NCBI GenBank assembly: GCA_045628545.1
Contig: JAZQPI010000018.1
Coordinates: 3,643 to 67,642, forward strand
From: Kiritimatiellia bacterium
GTDB lineage: Bacteria; Verrucomicrobiota; Kiritimatiellia; RFP12; UBA1067
DNA length: 64,000 nucleotides
Reading direction: 5' to 3'
A program made the position numbers and the translations under genes. Below, in pieces: positions 8,400 through 16,959 of this stretch. Below the pieces are notes generated by a model. The model had not been told where the DNA came from, searched no databases, and saw only the letters and a program-made list of their open reading frames with translations. Position 1 is the first letter of the stretch; the number at the start of each line of letters is the position of its first letter.

Positions 8400-9122
8400 A
8401 TGATAACTCGTGGAAAAGATGAAAAATTCATTCCCAGTATCGCGGAATGGGGAAGATTGTACGACGTTTGGGCGAAGAAAATCACTGGAGAACTCTGGGT
8501 GATGGGTTCCAGGGCTGACGTTCTGGACGCGACACAAGAGGCGTTTTTGAAGATTATGGGTCTTTCGAAGAAGTTCCGGCTTGAGAAGCCGCTCGCGCCG
8601 ATGTCCGTCGGAGCGTGGTACTCCTGTGTCCGCCAGCAGGCCAAGTGGATTCTCGGCCATGAGCGCGCGAAGAACCGGTATTGGCGCGCGACGGCGAACA
8701 CCGTGGATGAACTGGTCCGTGAGCTGGAAGCGGCGGACGAGGGCGCGAAGTGCCGCGGACGTCGGCTGATGGGTCTTTTGGTGGACCTCGAAGGCCGCGA
8801 GTTTGAGGCGGAACTTCCGGGCGATCGGCTGGACGCCGAATGGCTCGTTCGCAAGGTCCGTCGGCTGGTGGATGAAGTCTGCCGTACGCACGGCGTCTCG
8901 GAGCGCCACCATAACGCCTTTGTCCGCTATGTGCTGGACGAGATGCCGACCGCGGCGGTCGCGGTCGAGGTCTGGGGCGCGACGGACTCGCTCGTGGAGA
9001 TCGCCGCTCGCCGGAACAACCTGTTCGTCATCAAGAACCGGATCATGCACCTTTTGAAGGGCGTCGCCGCTGAATGGCGGTCGCGCGGCGGCAACTACGC
9101 CACGTTCTTAGACGTGGCGTGA
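8400..9122 (+). CDS. divergent ECF-type sigma-70 family factor (putative)
   Basis: DATQEAFLKIMGLSKKFR resembles region 2.1/2.2 (DLVQETFLRAW...F). A C-terminal HTH-like region 4 follows (SLVEIAARRNNLFVIKNRIMHLLK). Length 240 aa. Confidence 0.5.
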   Translation: MITRGKDEKFIPSIAEWGRLYDVWAKKITGELWVMGSRADVLDATQEAFLKIMGLSKKFRLEKPLAPMSVGAWYSCVRQQAKWILGHERAKNRYWRATANTVDELVRELEAADEGAKCRGRRLMGLLVDLEGREFEAELPGDRLDAEWLVRKVRRLVDEVCRTHGVSERHHNAFVRYVLDEMPTAAVAVEVWGATDSLVEIAARRNNLFVIKNRIMHLLKGVAAEWRSRGGNYATFLDVA

Positions 9123-9174
9123 TAAAAATGCAGCTGCAAAGATTAACCATAAAAGAAAAGAAAGGAACGGAAAC

Positions 9175-9465
9175 ATGAACGTGGACAAGGAAGTCAAATA
9201 CGATGAGATGGACGAGTACAATGCAGACGAGTGGGACGAAAAGGCGATAGCAGAGACCGCAAGGAGAAATCAGCTCGGCTGGCGGGCGGACTGCGTACAG
9301 ATTTGCGAGTCCGACCTGTATTCGCAGGAGGTGCGCGATCTTGCGGCAAGGCTGATTTGGCTCATTGACGATGTCGCGTGCATGTATCACGGCGGTCCGC
9401 TGAAGCTCAAGTCGTTAAATGAGATGGTGCACACGCTCGAAAAACTCCGTGAGAAGGTCCAGTGA
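9175..9465 (+). CDS. hypothetical acidic protein (96 aa), possible sigma-factor partner
   Basis: AAAGGAACGG RBS and an ORF downstream of the sigma-like gene. Confidence 0.4.
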   Translation: MNVDKEVKYDEMDEYNADEWDEKAIAETARRNQLGWRADCVQICESDLYSQEVRDLAARLIWLIDDVACMYHGGPLKLKSLNEMVHTLEKLREKVQ

Positions 9466-9621
9466 CGGAAAATCTGGCGTATTTTTCATTTCCGTTGGAA
9501 TTCCAACAGACTTTTGGAGCGGAAAATGGCATAATGTTCGGCGTCGGGCGGAGGTGCGGATTCGGCCGGGCGGCCGGGACGCGGAACGCTCCGCACGACG
9601 CAACGGAAACGGAGGTGCGTT

Positions 9622-9771
9622 ATGAACAACAAGAAATACGTGTGCAAGATCTGCGGCTGGGTTTACGATCCGGCCGAGCATGACAACGTGGCGTTCGAGG
9701 ACCTGCCGGCCGACTGGACGTGCCCCGTCTGCGGAGTGGGCAAGGACGACTTCGAACCCGCCTACAACTGA
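9622..9771 (+). CDS. rubredoxin (49 aa)
   Basis: [49 protein letters not shown] has both CxxCG knuckles and the conserved W and Y residues. GGAGG lies 9 nt upstream. Absent from the six-frame track because it is shorter than 60 aa. Confidence 0.9.
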   Translation: MNNKKYVCKICGWVYDPAEHDNVAFEDLPADWTCPVCGVGKDDFEPAYN

Positions 9772-9772
9772 C

Positions 9773-9821
9773 CGGCCGCCGGCGGCCGAAAACAAGGGGG
9801 CGCGGCAATTCTGCCGCGCCC
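9773..9821 (+). terminator. GC-rich palindrome plus hairpin after rubredoxin (possible terminator, no T-tract)
   Basis: CGGCCGCCGGCGGCCG palindrome, then GGCGCGGCA-attc-TGCCGCGCC. Confidence 0.3.
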
Positions 9822-9926
9822 TGGAGTTTACCCATTTTCTGACCGCTGAAACGCATCTCGCCCCGATAAATAAAGGGTGATGTGCGTTTCCGCAAGTGAA
9901 ATTGGCGTGATTCTTCCGTGGAATGG

Positions 9927-11500
9927 ACTTTGAGCTGTGTGGCTCACGCTGTAGCTCCTGGGAACCGGATGGGATTCGTGCACCCCGATTCGCCCGGCAT
10001 CGGCTTCAGCAGAGGTCTGCCGCGAACAGTTCCCTGAATCCAGGAAGGAATTCCAGCAGCTCGTTTTCGGTTGGCGCGGGTTCCGGATCGATGATCTTGC
10101 GGCACCATTTTCCGAATCGCGTGAAGGCGCGTTTGAGCCCGTCCGCGATCGCGTAGTTGGCGAACTCCGGGACCTTGCCGAGCCTCTGTGAAAGCGTCTT
10201 CAGATGCTCTGCGAGGACTTCGCGCTTCACATGTCGTCCGAGCCAGGCCGAAGCGAAGTACGTCGTGGCGAGGACGATCGACGCCATGTTGCGGATGCCG
10301 CAGTAGGACAGCACCCGGATGTTCTCGAATCCATAGGCCTGCTTGACGAACCGGATCGTCTCCTCGATCCTCCAGCGCGTGAGGTATCCTTCGACGATCC
10401 GCCACATCGACTCGAACGATCCATTGACGGGAAGCGACGTCAGCAGCATCATCGGGTCGTCGCCAAAGCCTTTCGCCACGATCATGTGCAGTTCCTTTTC
10501 AGGATGCATGGGAAGGCGTACGGGTATCGCTCCGAACGAGATCTGCACGCTGCATTCCTTCCCGTGGGAGTCGAACTCGACATGATGATGGTGACGCATG
10601 GTGCATTGCTGGGCGGGCCAGTGGATCTCGTGAAGGCCTTTCCACGAGAGCACGTTCCGTCCCGTCATGCGGACGATGAAGTCCCAGCCGTTCTTTATGA
10701 AAGCCCCGTAAAATGCGGGTCTGTCGCCGCCTCTGTCATATACGAGGATGCCTTTGCCGCCGGTCGCGGACATGATTGCGGTGATGAGCTTGAGCACTTC
10801 GTCGTTTTCTCCCAGATGTCCGGGAGCGCGCGACGACCAGAGTTTGAGCGCGAGCGGTACGGTCTTGCGCCTGCCGCTCTGACAGGCGACGGCCATGCAG
10901 CCGTGATAGCCGTGCACGAGCACCTCGCATCTTTCTTTCGACGAGCGGCTTGCGTCCCTGACCATCGTGACGTGCTCCATGTGAAGACCGAACTCCTTCC
11001 GGATCTCCGTCGGGTCGACTAGTATGAGTGAGTCGTCGCGGACGTGCTTCGCGCCTTCCGCGAGGATGGCCTTGTCGATTTCCATGCCGATTCCCTCGTT
11101 CGCCACGTTACGGCTCAGTCGCTTCTCGACGGCGTGTTTCATGTCGGGATCGTCGTTGATCGCCCGCATGATCGACGAGAGCTGCGTGTCTCCCGAGGCC
11201 TGTATCCCGTAGAGCATGTCGGCCAGGAACTTCTTCCTCGGCTTCGAGAAATGGGTAAACACTTTACCCAGAAATTTTCTGAGTTGCTCTTTCGCTCTGA
11301 AGGCAATTGTGCTATCATTCATGTCGTGGTCTTCTCCTTTCGTTCATTTAGCGCATCCTGTATTCTACAGGAAAACGGGACGGGAAGACCACGCTTTTTT
11401 TCAGACGGTGTGGAGATGGCCTAGTCGCGAGAGGGGTTTCAGTCTGGCGAAGCGGTAGTGTGAGCCACACCGTTCGGAGTCAAAATTGGCGGGCAGGGCG
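9927..11500 (-). mobile_element. insertion sequence (~1.55 kb) with terminal inverted repeats and a single DDE transposase
   Basis: GTGTGGCTCAC at 9937-9947 is the reverse complement of GTGAGCCACAC at 11480-11490. The match extends imperfectly by ~10 bp on each side (ACTTTGAGCT vs ACTCCGAACG). No clear target-site duplication seen. Confidence 0.75.
10006..11322 (-). CDS. IS4/IS1634-like DDE transposase (438 aa)
   Basis: Full-length ORF on the minus strand. LVYDRGGD...RWRIEETIRFVKQAYGFENIRV is characteristic of IS4-superfamily transposases. Bounded by the terminal inverted repeats. Confidence 0.8.
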   Translation of the reverse strand: MNDSTIAFRAKEQLRKFLGKVFTHFSKPRKKFLADMLYGIQASGDTQLSSIMRAINDDPDMKHAVEKRLSRNVANEGIGMEIDKAILAEGAKHVRDDSLILVDPTEIRKEFGLHMEHVTMVRDASRSSKERCEVLVHGYHGCMAVACQSGRRKTVPLALKLWSSRAPGHLGENDEVLKLITAIMSATGGKGILVYDRGGDRPAFYGAFIKNGWDFIVRMTGRNVLSWKGLHEIHWPAQQCTMRHHHHVEFDSHGKECSVQISFGAIPVRLPMHPEKELHMIVAKGFGDDPMMLLTSLPVNGSFESMWRIVEGYLTRWRIEETIRFVKQAYGFENIRVLSYCGIRNMASIVLATTYFASAWLGRHVKREVLAEHLKTLSQRLGKVPEFANYAIADGLKRAFTRFGKWCRKIIDPEPAPTENELLEFLPGFRELFAADLC

Positions 11501-11737
11501 GGGCGGAAATCGGCAGGGAATCAAAAATGGGTAAACTCCAGGCGGGATGAGGTTGACAATCTGCCTGAGAATAGGGTATACTGTTTTCGTTGCCTTTGGT
11601 GGTGTTGTTTTCATAATCCTGTAGGTTACAGGAAATCGCCGCCAAATGCAACACTAAACTTTCATCCCTTCGCGAACGCAGTGAGCGAATGGGATGCTAA
11701 TGGTCGTAGCCTTTAAGTTGAGCTAAGGAGGAATATC

Positions 11738-11998
11738 ATGGATATTACGAAGATTGTGTACTCGGAAGGAGGGTTCTTTGGTCATCCGGCAACATTCTCT
11801 TTGGGCCTTAGGCGGTGTGAGTTTGTCTGTGGTGTAGGAGAGCCTGGTGGGGCACTAGTCAATTGGCTGCCGCGTGTGAGGGTCCCAGAGGCGGACATGC
11901 ATGCGATCCTGCGGTTGGTCTCAAGTGTAAGTTCATGCGTTGGCGCGATGTATACGATCTTGAGACGATGGATGGAACCCAGTGGGAGCTTAAATTGA
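11738..11998 (+). CDS. hypothetical small protein (86 aa)
   Basis: Strong AAGGAGG RBS 7 nt upstream of the ATG. An overlapping alternative ORF 11863..12129 in another frame cannot be excluded. Confidence 0.3.
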   Translation: MDITKIVYSEGGFFGHPATFSLGLRRCEFVCGVGEPGGALVNWLPRVRVPEADMHAILRLVSSVSSCVGAMYTILRRWMEPSGSLN

Positions 11999-12130
11999 AG
12001 TCCGGTAGGCGTGTTATTAAGAAAGTCTGGGGATCGAATCAATGGCCTCGAGAGTGGTCGGCGGTCAGTCGACTGTTGGCATATTTCGGCGCGGAAGATA
12101 TGGTTGGACCGTGCGCTGGGGACGAATGAT

Positions 12131-13957
12131 ATGACTTTGTCTGAAGATCAGCAGTTGGCGCTTGATGCGATGATGTCCGGGAAGAACGTCTTCCTGACAG
12201 GCGAAGCCGGTACGGGCAAGTCCACAGTGCTTCGGGAGTTCCGGACTCGATGTGATCGTGCCTGCGTGGTTTTGGCTCCTACCGGGGTTGCGGCCATCAA
12301 TGCCGGTGGCGCGACAATTCACAGCTTCTTCATGCTGCCGCCTGGATTGATGACACCGGATACGATCGATGAAATTACTCATGGCAAGAAAAGGGCGATC
12401 ATCCGGGCGACAAAGACAATTATCATTGATGAGATCTCAATGGTGCGCAGTGATGTGTTTGCAGCTATGGATATACGGCTCCGCGGACTGGCTCGAGGTG
12501 GTAATGCAAAGCGCCCATTTGGCGGGAAGCAGATTATTCTCGTGGGCGATTATTTCCAGTTGCCGCCAGTAGTGAAGACCGAGACGGAGTCTGATTATCT
12601 CAATAATCATTTGGGTGGCGGGTACGCTTTCCAGACCAGGCTTTGGGCGGATGCTAAGTTCAAGTGCGTGTTCCTCCGCAAGGTCCATCGTCAGCGCAAT
12701 GACGTGCGATTCCTCGCGATTCTGAACAGCATTAGACATGGTTCTTTGGATGATGCCAATGTTGAGGTTGAAGGCGGGGTTCGCATTACGGCTGCCGAGG
12801 CGCTGAATCGATACTGTCTCAATAATGAGCGTCTCCCTGCTGAGCCGATTTGCCTTTGCACGACGAATCGAGAGGCGCATGCGCTGAATACGGCGGCAAG
12901 GGCACGATTGAAAGCGCAAGGTTCCAAGTTTGTCGCTGTTGTAAGCGGCAGGTTCCCGGAGGCTGATTATCCGACGGAATTTAGTCTTGAGCTTATGAAG
13001 GGAGCGCGTGTCATGTTGCTTACCAACAAGCGCCTCCCGGATGGAGACTATGAATATGTCAATGGCGATATGGGAGCGGTGACGGAAATCTCCAGCTTTG
13101 ATGAATCGCCAAGGGTTCAAATCAGGCTTGATCGCAATGGGCGAGAAGTGTCGGTGGCGAGCAAAGAATGGAAGAACTATGCATATGTGATTGAGGAGGA
13201 TAAAATTAGTGGCAAGAAGGTTCTTCGTCAGCGCGAAATCGGAAAGTTCGCCCAAATTCCTCTTCGGCTTGCCTACGCAATTACCGTGCACAAGTCACAG
13301 GGACTGAGTTTGGACTGCGTGGATATCCGTCTTGGAAGCGGGTGCTTTACGCATGGGCAGCTCTATACGGCGCTTTCTCGCTGCCGGTCGCTAGAAGGGC
13401 TTCGGATTGATCGGACCGTCATGAAGGATGACCTTATTCTAGACGATGCGGTTGTCCGGTTCTACAAGACGATAGAGGAAGGATGGGAGCGCTCTGACAA
13501 GACTGTGTCATTGGACGTGCCGCCGGAATTCGAGGCTGCGATGAAGGCGTATCTTGAAAAGCTGAAGTCGGGAAGAGGCAATGTCCAGTCGGCCCCAGGG
13601 AGTCCTGTGTTGCGGCATCGTCCTGTTCAGCGAGAGTTGGGCTTGCCGTCGGTTCCACCCTCAATATTGGAATCTCCACAATCGTTACTACATGAAAACA
13701 ACAGACGAGAGGAGCGCGTGAGTGATCATATTGATCTGGAGAAGTTGCGCGTCGTCTATTCGGGACAGACAGGGTCGGAGAAATCGGATGGAATGACCAA
13801 AAAGGAAAATGGCGTCGGCTTTAATAAGTTCGATGCGCCGATATTGTCTCGGATTGCCGAAGGGTTCTTCAAAAACGGCTGGGTGACACGGACGGAGCTG
13901 GCGGAGGTGACGCATCGTATTCAGAAGTATCGTCGCCAGTGGGAAGGGCGGGTCTGA
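12131..13957 (+). CDS. Pif1/RecD-family 5'-3' DNA helicase (608 aa) with a C-terminal extension
   Basis: Walker A LTGEAGTGKST, then VLAPTGVAAINAGGATIHSFF, DEISMV, ILVGDYFQLPPV, AITVHKSQGLSLD, YTALSRCRSLEGL. The track ORF starts earlier (12011) but the helicase N-terminus aligns from the Met at 12131. Confidence 0.85.
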   Translation: MTLSEDQQLALDAMMSGKNVFLTGEAGTGKSTVLREFRTRCDRACVVLAPTGVAAINAGGATIHSFFMLPPGLMTPDTIDEITHGKKRAIIRATKTIIIDEISMVRSDVFAAMDIRLRGLARGGNAKRPFGGKQIILVGDYFQLPPVVKTETESDYLNNHLGGGYAFQTRLWADAKFKCVFLRKVHRQRNDVRFLAILNSIRHGSLDDANVEVEGGVRITAAEALNRYCLNNERLPAEPICLCTTNREAHALNTAARARLKAQGSKFVAVVSGRFPEADYPTEFSLELMKGARVMLLTNKRLPDGDYEYVNGDMGAVTEISSFDESPRVQIRLDRNGREVSVASKEWKNYAYVIEEDKISGKKVLRQREIGKFAQIPLRLAYAITVHKSQGLSLDCVDIRLGSGCFTHGQLYTALSRCRSLEGLRIDRTVMKDDLILDDAVVRFYKTIEEGWERSDKTVSLDVPPEFEAAMKAYLEKLKSGRGNVQSAPGSPVLRHRPVQRELGLPSVPPSILESPQSLLHENNRREERVSDHIDLEKLRVVYSGQTGSEKSDGMTKKENGVGFNKFDAPILSRIAEGFFKNGWVTRTELAEVTHRIQKYRRQWEGRV

Positions 13958-14166
13958 GCCAGCAGCTGAGTTGCTGAATGGAGGTGTAAGATGTGCAGTA
14001 ATGCATCCTTAACATTGATTGAGTTTCGCAAGCTCTATGTGATAGGCGAGTCCGCTCTTAAAAGGCAGTCCGCACGCCCAGTCTGGCACCAGCGCATTGG
14101 CAGATGATGTGCCTCGCATGTCTCGTCTGACGCTTAAATTTGTTAACATGATATAAGGATTGCACT

Positions 14167-14499
14167 ATGAGCACGACCTTCAAAGTAGAAACCTTCTATA
14201 GAAGCACGAACTGCGACTGCAAGGCTGTTATCTACATTGAACACAATCAAACAGTACGTTTCATCAAAGGATCAACATTGGTATTCTCAAGGATTTATCC
14301 TGGAGACGACGAGAAAGGCGAGGAAAAGGCTAGGTCTATTCTTGTCGACACGGTTTTACTTGATCAAGTCGACACTAAGAACGCGTACGAATTGAGCGTG
14401 ATAGACGACTTTAAGGTATTTAATATAGAAAGTGCTACAATGCTTCTCACAGGCAAAGACGAGGTTAGTCCAGAGATGTTCTGGGAAGAGATTTTTTGA
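14167..14499 (+). CDS. hypothetical protein (110 aa) in an AT-rich, probably foreign segment
   Basis: Local GC far below the window average; TAAGGA RBS-like sequence upstream. Confidence 0.35.
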   Translation: MSTTFKVETFYRSTNCDCKAVIYIEHNQTVRFIKGSTLVFSRIYPGDDEKGEEKARSILVDTVLLDQVDTKNAYELSVIDDFKVFNIESATMLLTGKDEVSPEMFWEEIF

Positions 14500-14643
14500 T
14501 TCATACGCTTCGTGTCACCATCCATCCGATATGACGCTCCGACAAGGTCGGAGCGGACGCTCGGAATCATGTATGGAAGACTGGGCTGATTGTGTGTACC
14601 CTATGCGTCTTTGGTATAATACTTTAAACGAAAGGACAATGTT

Positions 14644-14817
14644 ATGGCCAAGGATATGCTGAAGCTTCAACTTGCCTACAAGGGCTCGGAATATTCTCGC
14701 ACGGTTGTCGTGCAGAGGAAGTTCTCGCTGGCTTTTCTGCACGAGGTGATTCAGGTGTCGTTCGGTTGGCTCAATTACCATCTCTACAACTTCGTGGATG
14801 CGAAGGGCGTTGTGTAA
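14644..14817 (+). pseudogene. truncated pRiA4b ORF-3-like (IS1096 passenger family) gene fragment
   Basis: MAKDMLKLQLAYKGSEYSRTVVVQRKFSLAFLHEVIQVSFGWLNYHLYNF matches the L-H-x-x-I-Q-x-x-FGW-x-x-HL-x-x-F signature of that family. It stops after 57 codons and protein-like sequence continues in another frame. Confidence 0.35.
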
Positions 14818-14969
14818 GGCGCAGGAGTGCGAGGCATGGCTCGACGAAGCCTTTGGCAAGACTGCCAGCTCCGTCCTGCGCGAGCCGTCCGCCGCCGAAA
14901 TCCACGCCCGCGTCTGGCATCTCCACGAACTCGTCTGCACGGCGCTGCCCGCGAAGTAAACGCGCCCCC

Positions 14970-14999
14970 TTGACATACCTACCTGAAAGTATGTATAAT
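14970..14999 (+). promoter_or_regulatory. sigma70-type promoter (TTGACA-18-TATAAT) overlapped by a palindromic TetR-type operator
   Basis: TTGACA at 14970-14975 and TATAAT at 14994-14999. ACATAC (14973-14978) and GTATGT (14989-14994) form an inverted repeat spanning both hexamers, 10 bp upstream of the TetR start. Confidence 0.6.
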
Positions 15000-15008
15000 A
15001 TTCTGCAA

Positions 15009-15662
15009 ATGCCAAGACGGACGAAAAACGAGGCTCATCGGACGCGCGAGAGGATTCTCGCCAGCGCCTTGTCCCTTTTCGTCAAAAAGGGCTACGACCG
15101 CACGACCTTTACGGACATCGCGGCGCGGCTCAAGATGACGAAGGGCGCGGTCTACTGGCATTTCGCGACGAAGGAGCTGCTGCTGGGCGCCCTGGTGGAC
15201 GAAATGCTCGCCAAGTTCTCCCGGCAGCTCTCCGAGATCCAGCCCCGCCCGGATGAACTCTCGTTCCCCACCGTGGCGGACATGATGGTCGCCACGGCGG
15301 AGCGGATCGTCTCCGATCCGCGCGGAACGGCGTTCTTCATGCTGATGAAGACGCAGATCCGCTGGCAGTCCGCCTCCATGGCGGCGACGCGCGAGCGGCT
15401 GATGATGGACGGCACGAACGGCCCGTACCATTCGTTCGTGCGGGCGCTGGAGAACGACGTGAAGGCGGGGCGCGTGCGCACGGACGTGAATCCCGCGGCG
15501 GTGGCGTCGGTGGCGATCGCGATCTGGGACGGGCTCGTCCAGTCGCGGATCGAGCGCTTCCTGGCGTGCGAGCTGGGTCCGACGCTGAAGAAGGCGTATG
15601 CGGCGCTGTGGATTTCGATTTCGGCCGGCGGAAGCCGGCCAAGGGAAGTAAAGGAAGGATAG
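15009..15662 (+). CDS. TetR/AcrR family transcriptional repressor
   Basis: N-terminal HTH TRERILASALSLFVKKGYDRTTFTDIAARLKMTKGAVYWHF. Start set at the ATG after the operator; the longer track ORF would run through the promoter. Confidence 0.85.
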   Translation: MPRRTKNEAHRTRERILASALSLFVKKGYDRTTFTDIAARLKMTKGAVYWHFATKELLLGALVDEMLAKFSRQLSEIQPRPDELSFPTVADMMVATAERIVSDPRGTAFFMLMKTQIRWQSASMAATRERLMMDGTNGPYHSFVRALENDVKAGRVRTDVNPAAVASVAIAIWDGLVQSRIERFLACELGPTLKKAYAALWISISAGGSRPREVKEG

Positions 15663-15666
15663 AGCG

Positions 15667-16893
15667 ATGGCGAATGAAGAACATGGCAAGTCCGCGGTCG
15701 GCGCGGTCGTAGGGACGGTGGTGCTGGCGGCGGTTTGCGTCGCGGGCGGCTGGATCGGTCACGGCCTTATGGGGAAGGTCGGCGGGCCGAAGGGTCCGGA
15801 CATGGCGGCGATGATGGCCGGAATGGCGCAGACGGTCGCGGTGCGGCCGGTGGAGCTGCGGCCCTACAACCTCCCCAACCGCTATGTGGCGCACGCGGAG
15901 GCCGTGCAGGAGGTCGACCTCCTGCCGCAGGTCGACGGCTATATCAAGGAGATCAAGTTCAAGGAGGGCGACCTCGTCAAGGAAGGCCAGCTCCTGTACG
16001 TGCTGGACGACGAGCGCTATCAGGCCGTCGTGAACCAGCGCATGGCCGACCTGGCGGCGGCCGAGGCCGAGGAGCGCCGCGCCAAGCGCTATTACGAGCG
16101 TATGCAGAACGCCGACGAGCGCGGCATCACCCAGAAGGAGCGCGATGACGCCGAGGCCGCCGCGGAGTCCGCGAAGGCCAAGGTGCTGCAGGCGAAGGCG
16201 AACCTCGTCGTCGCGGAGTACGACCTCAAGAAGTCCAAGGTCTTCGCGCCGATCTCCGGCCAGATCGGCAAGACGACCGCGCACGTGGGCGACTATGTGG
16301 CGCCGTCGAAGGGGGCGCTCGCCCACGTCATGCAGGTCGACCCGATCCGCGTCACCTTCCCGCTCACGGACCGCGCGTTCGTGGATATCCGCGAGGCGCA
16401 GCGCAAGGGGCGGCACGTCAACGACGAGGTCCGCACCCGTCTGCTGCTGCCGAACGGGGACGTGTACGAGTGCGAGGGCAAGTACGACTTCGACGACAAC
16501 CAGATGAGCCGCGAGACGGCGACGATCATCATGCGCCTCAGCTTCGCGAACGCCGACCGGCTGCTGGTGCCGAACAGCTATCTGACGCTGCTGGCCGACC
16601 GGCGCAATCCCGAGTCGCTGGCGTGCGTGCCGCAGCAGGCCGTCATCGACCTGGCGGGCGGCAATCAGGCGGTGTTCGTGCTGAAGGAGGAGGACATGAC
16701 GGTCGAGCAGCGCGTCGTGACGACGCGCGAGACCTTCGAGGGCTGGACGCCGGTCGTCACGGGGCTGAAGGTCGGCGAGAAGGTGGTCGTCTCCGGAGTG
16801 TCGAAGCTCCGTCCGGGCGCGAAGGTCGTGCTCGTCGAGGCCAGCCCCAACGACGACCTCGATCCGAACTACAAGGCCCCGATCAATGAGTAG
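15667..16893 (+). CDS. RND efflux membrane fusion protein (AcrA/HlyD family)
   Basis: N-terminal TM anchor, coiled-coil and lipoyl/barrel-like segments. Sits between the TetR and RND genes with 4-bp spacing. Confidence 0.9.
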   Translation: MANEEHGKSAVGAVVGTVVLAAVCVAGGWIGHGLMGKVGGPKGPDMAAMMAGMAQTVAVRPVELRPYNLPNRYVAHAEAVQEVDLLPQVDGYIKEIKFKEGDLVKEGQLLYVLDDERYQAVVNQRMADLAAAEAEERRAKRYYERMQNADERGITQKERDDAEAAAESAKAKVLQAKANLVVAEYDLKKSKVFAPISGQIGKTTAHVGDYVAPSKGALAHVMQVDPIRVTFPLTDRAFVDIREAQRKGRHVNDEVRTRLLLPNGDVYECEGKYDFDDNQMSRETATIIMRLSFANADRLLVPNSYLTLLADRRNPESLACVPQQAVIDLAGGNQAVFVLKEEDMTVEQRVVTTRETFEGWTPVVTGLKVGEKVVVSGVSKLRPGAKVVLVEASPNDDLDPNYKAPINE

Positions 16894-16959
16894 CCGCAGG
16901 TTTAGGTGCCGGAGAAAGGCGCAGACGCATGATTTGGTGAAAGGTGAAGGCATCTGAAA

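Noticed and set aside
11863-12129. 88-aa ORF overlapping the 86-aa ORF upstream of the helicase
   Set aside because: No RBS and it overlaps an ORF that does have a strong AAGGAGG site. It cannot be resolved without expression data, so only the RBS-supported ORF is listed.
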